Assembly: GCA_026023565.1 (NCBI GenBank)
Contig: JAPETS010000005.1
Location: forward strand, 124,001 to 188,000
Source: Cirrosporium novae-zelandiae
Taxonomy: Eukaryota
DNA: 64,000 nt
Direction of reading: 5' to 3'
Below, one piece after another: positions 63,420-64,000 of the stretch (positions are counted from its first letter, which is position 1; each line of letters opens with the position of its first letter). The notes beneath the pieces were generated by a model. It was given only the letters and a program-made list of their open reading frames with translations. It was not told where the DNA came from and ran no database searches. The position numbers and the translations under genes are program-made.

Positions 63420-64000
63420 TTAAAAGCCTTGACCTAGACGTATACGTTCTCCATCCCCATACCATAGCCTTCCCTTACGACACTCAAGTCCTTTCTCCTC
63501 CCCAACAATCCATTCCCCCCCTGCTTTGATATTCTCTCCTTCCCGAGGCCAATATTCCTCACGCAGCCACCCGTTGATCTCTTGGATCTTGGATATCCAC
63601 TTCTTGATCTTTTCCGGGTCGACGGCCTCACCACCCTTAGTTCCAGCCATTTGGAAGTCACTATGAGTGACAAACCGCCCGATTGTCAAATGAGCGGAGG
63701 GGACGACATATCTTGAGCCTATATTTAACCCAGTACTACTCGACAAATCAAAAATATCTCTACGAAGATGATGGTATGTATATGCATCATCTTGTGAAGT
63801 GCGTTGGTCGCTCAAAGCTTCTCCGGCAGCTGGAACCCAACTCAGAGCTAAAGCTGAGTTGTCGAAGCTGAGTACTGGTCGAATCAGTCTAGCTCGGTGC
63901 TCCATAGGGTAGTCAGTAATTTCTGGTATCTTTGGCTCTAGTTTTTGTATGAGACTTTCTATTTGGTCTGCAGTGAGCGAGTGCGCTACTTCTAATGTAG
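63420..64000 (-). CDS. 2H-phosphoesterase (RNA ligase/cyclic nucleotide phosphodiesterase-like) protein, 3' part
   Basis: Frame is open to the window edge (TLEVAHS...); YTYHHLRRD, RYVVPSAHLTIGRF (HxT motif), GRLWYG. Confidence 0.75.
   Translation of the reverse strand, partial: TLEVAHSLTADQIESLIQKLEPKIPEITDYPMEHRARLIRPVLSFDNSALALSWVPAAGEALSDQRTSQDDAYTYHHLRRDIFDLSSSTGLNIGSRYVVPSAHLTIGRFVTHSDFQMAGTKGGEAVDPEKIKKWISKIQEINGWLREEYWPREGENIKAGGEWIVGEEKGLECRKGRLWYGDGERIRLGQGF

Noticed and set aside
1..64000. Transposons, rRNA or snRNA genes
   Set aside because: No transposase/RT motifs, LTRs, TIRs or rRNA/snRNA signatures recognised by eye; heavily mutated remnants cannot be excluded.

Overview
Intron-rich genomic DNA of a filamentous ascomycete (Pezizomycotina; taxon not resolvable from sequence alone). 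All gene models were spliced by hand and family calls come from motif recognition, not database searches. 1-13.7 kb is an accessory, partly decayed block: an intact ACS-family MFS transporter with six GTGGGG (CreA-type) sites upstream, an SDR pseudogene, an intact O-methyltransferase, tRNA-Cys(GCA) and several gene relics. From 13.8 kb on are mostly conserved genes: GH47 alpha-1,2-mannosidase, a Zn2Cys6 transcription factor behind a ~9 kb repeat-rich upstream region, an alpha/beta-hydrolase lacking its nucleophile, complex I 24 kDa subunit, RPL30, RPL10, malic enzyme, a ~1,470-aa Ser/Thr-rich secreted protein, RPL42 (missed by the ORF track), a partial 2H-phosphoesterase-like gene and four uncharacterised proteins. 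The strongest leads are (1) a consensus kink-turn in a three-way RNA junction in RPL30 intron 4, next to the branch point, a candidate eL30 splicing-autoregulation switch; (2) a malic enzyme with a mitochondrial-type presequence, a second strong in-frame ATG and a C-terminal PTS1 (SRL); (3) recurrent C-to-G skew flips near gene 3' ends; (4) frequent AAG 3' splice sites. No CRISPR array, rRNA or recognisable transposon was seen.
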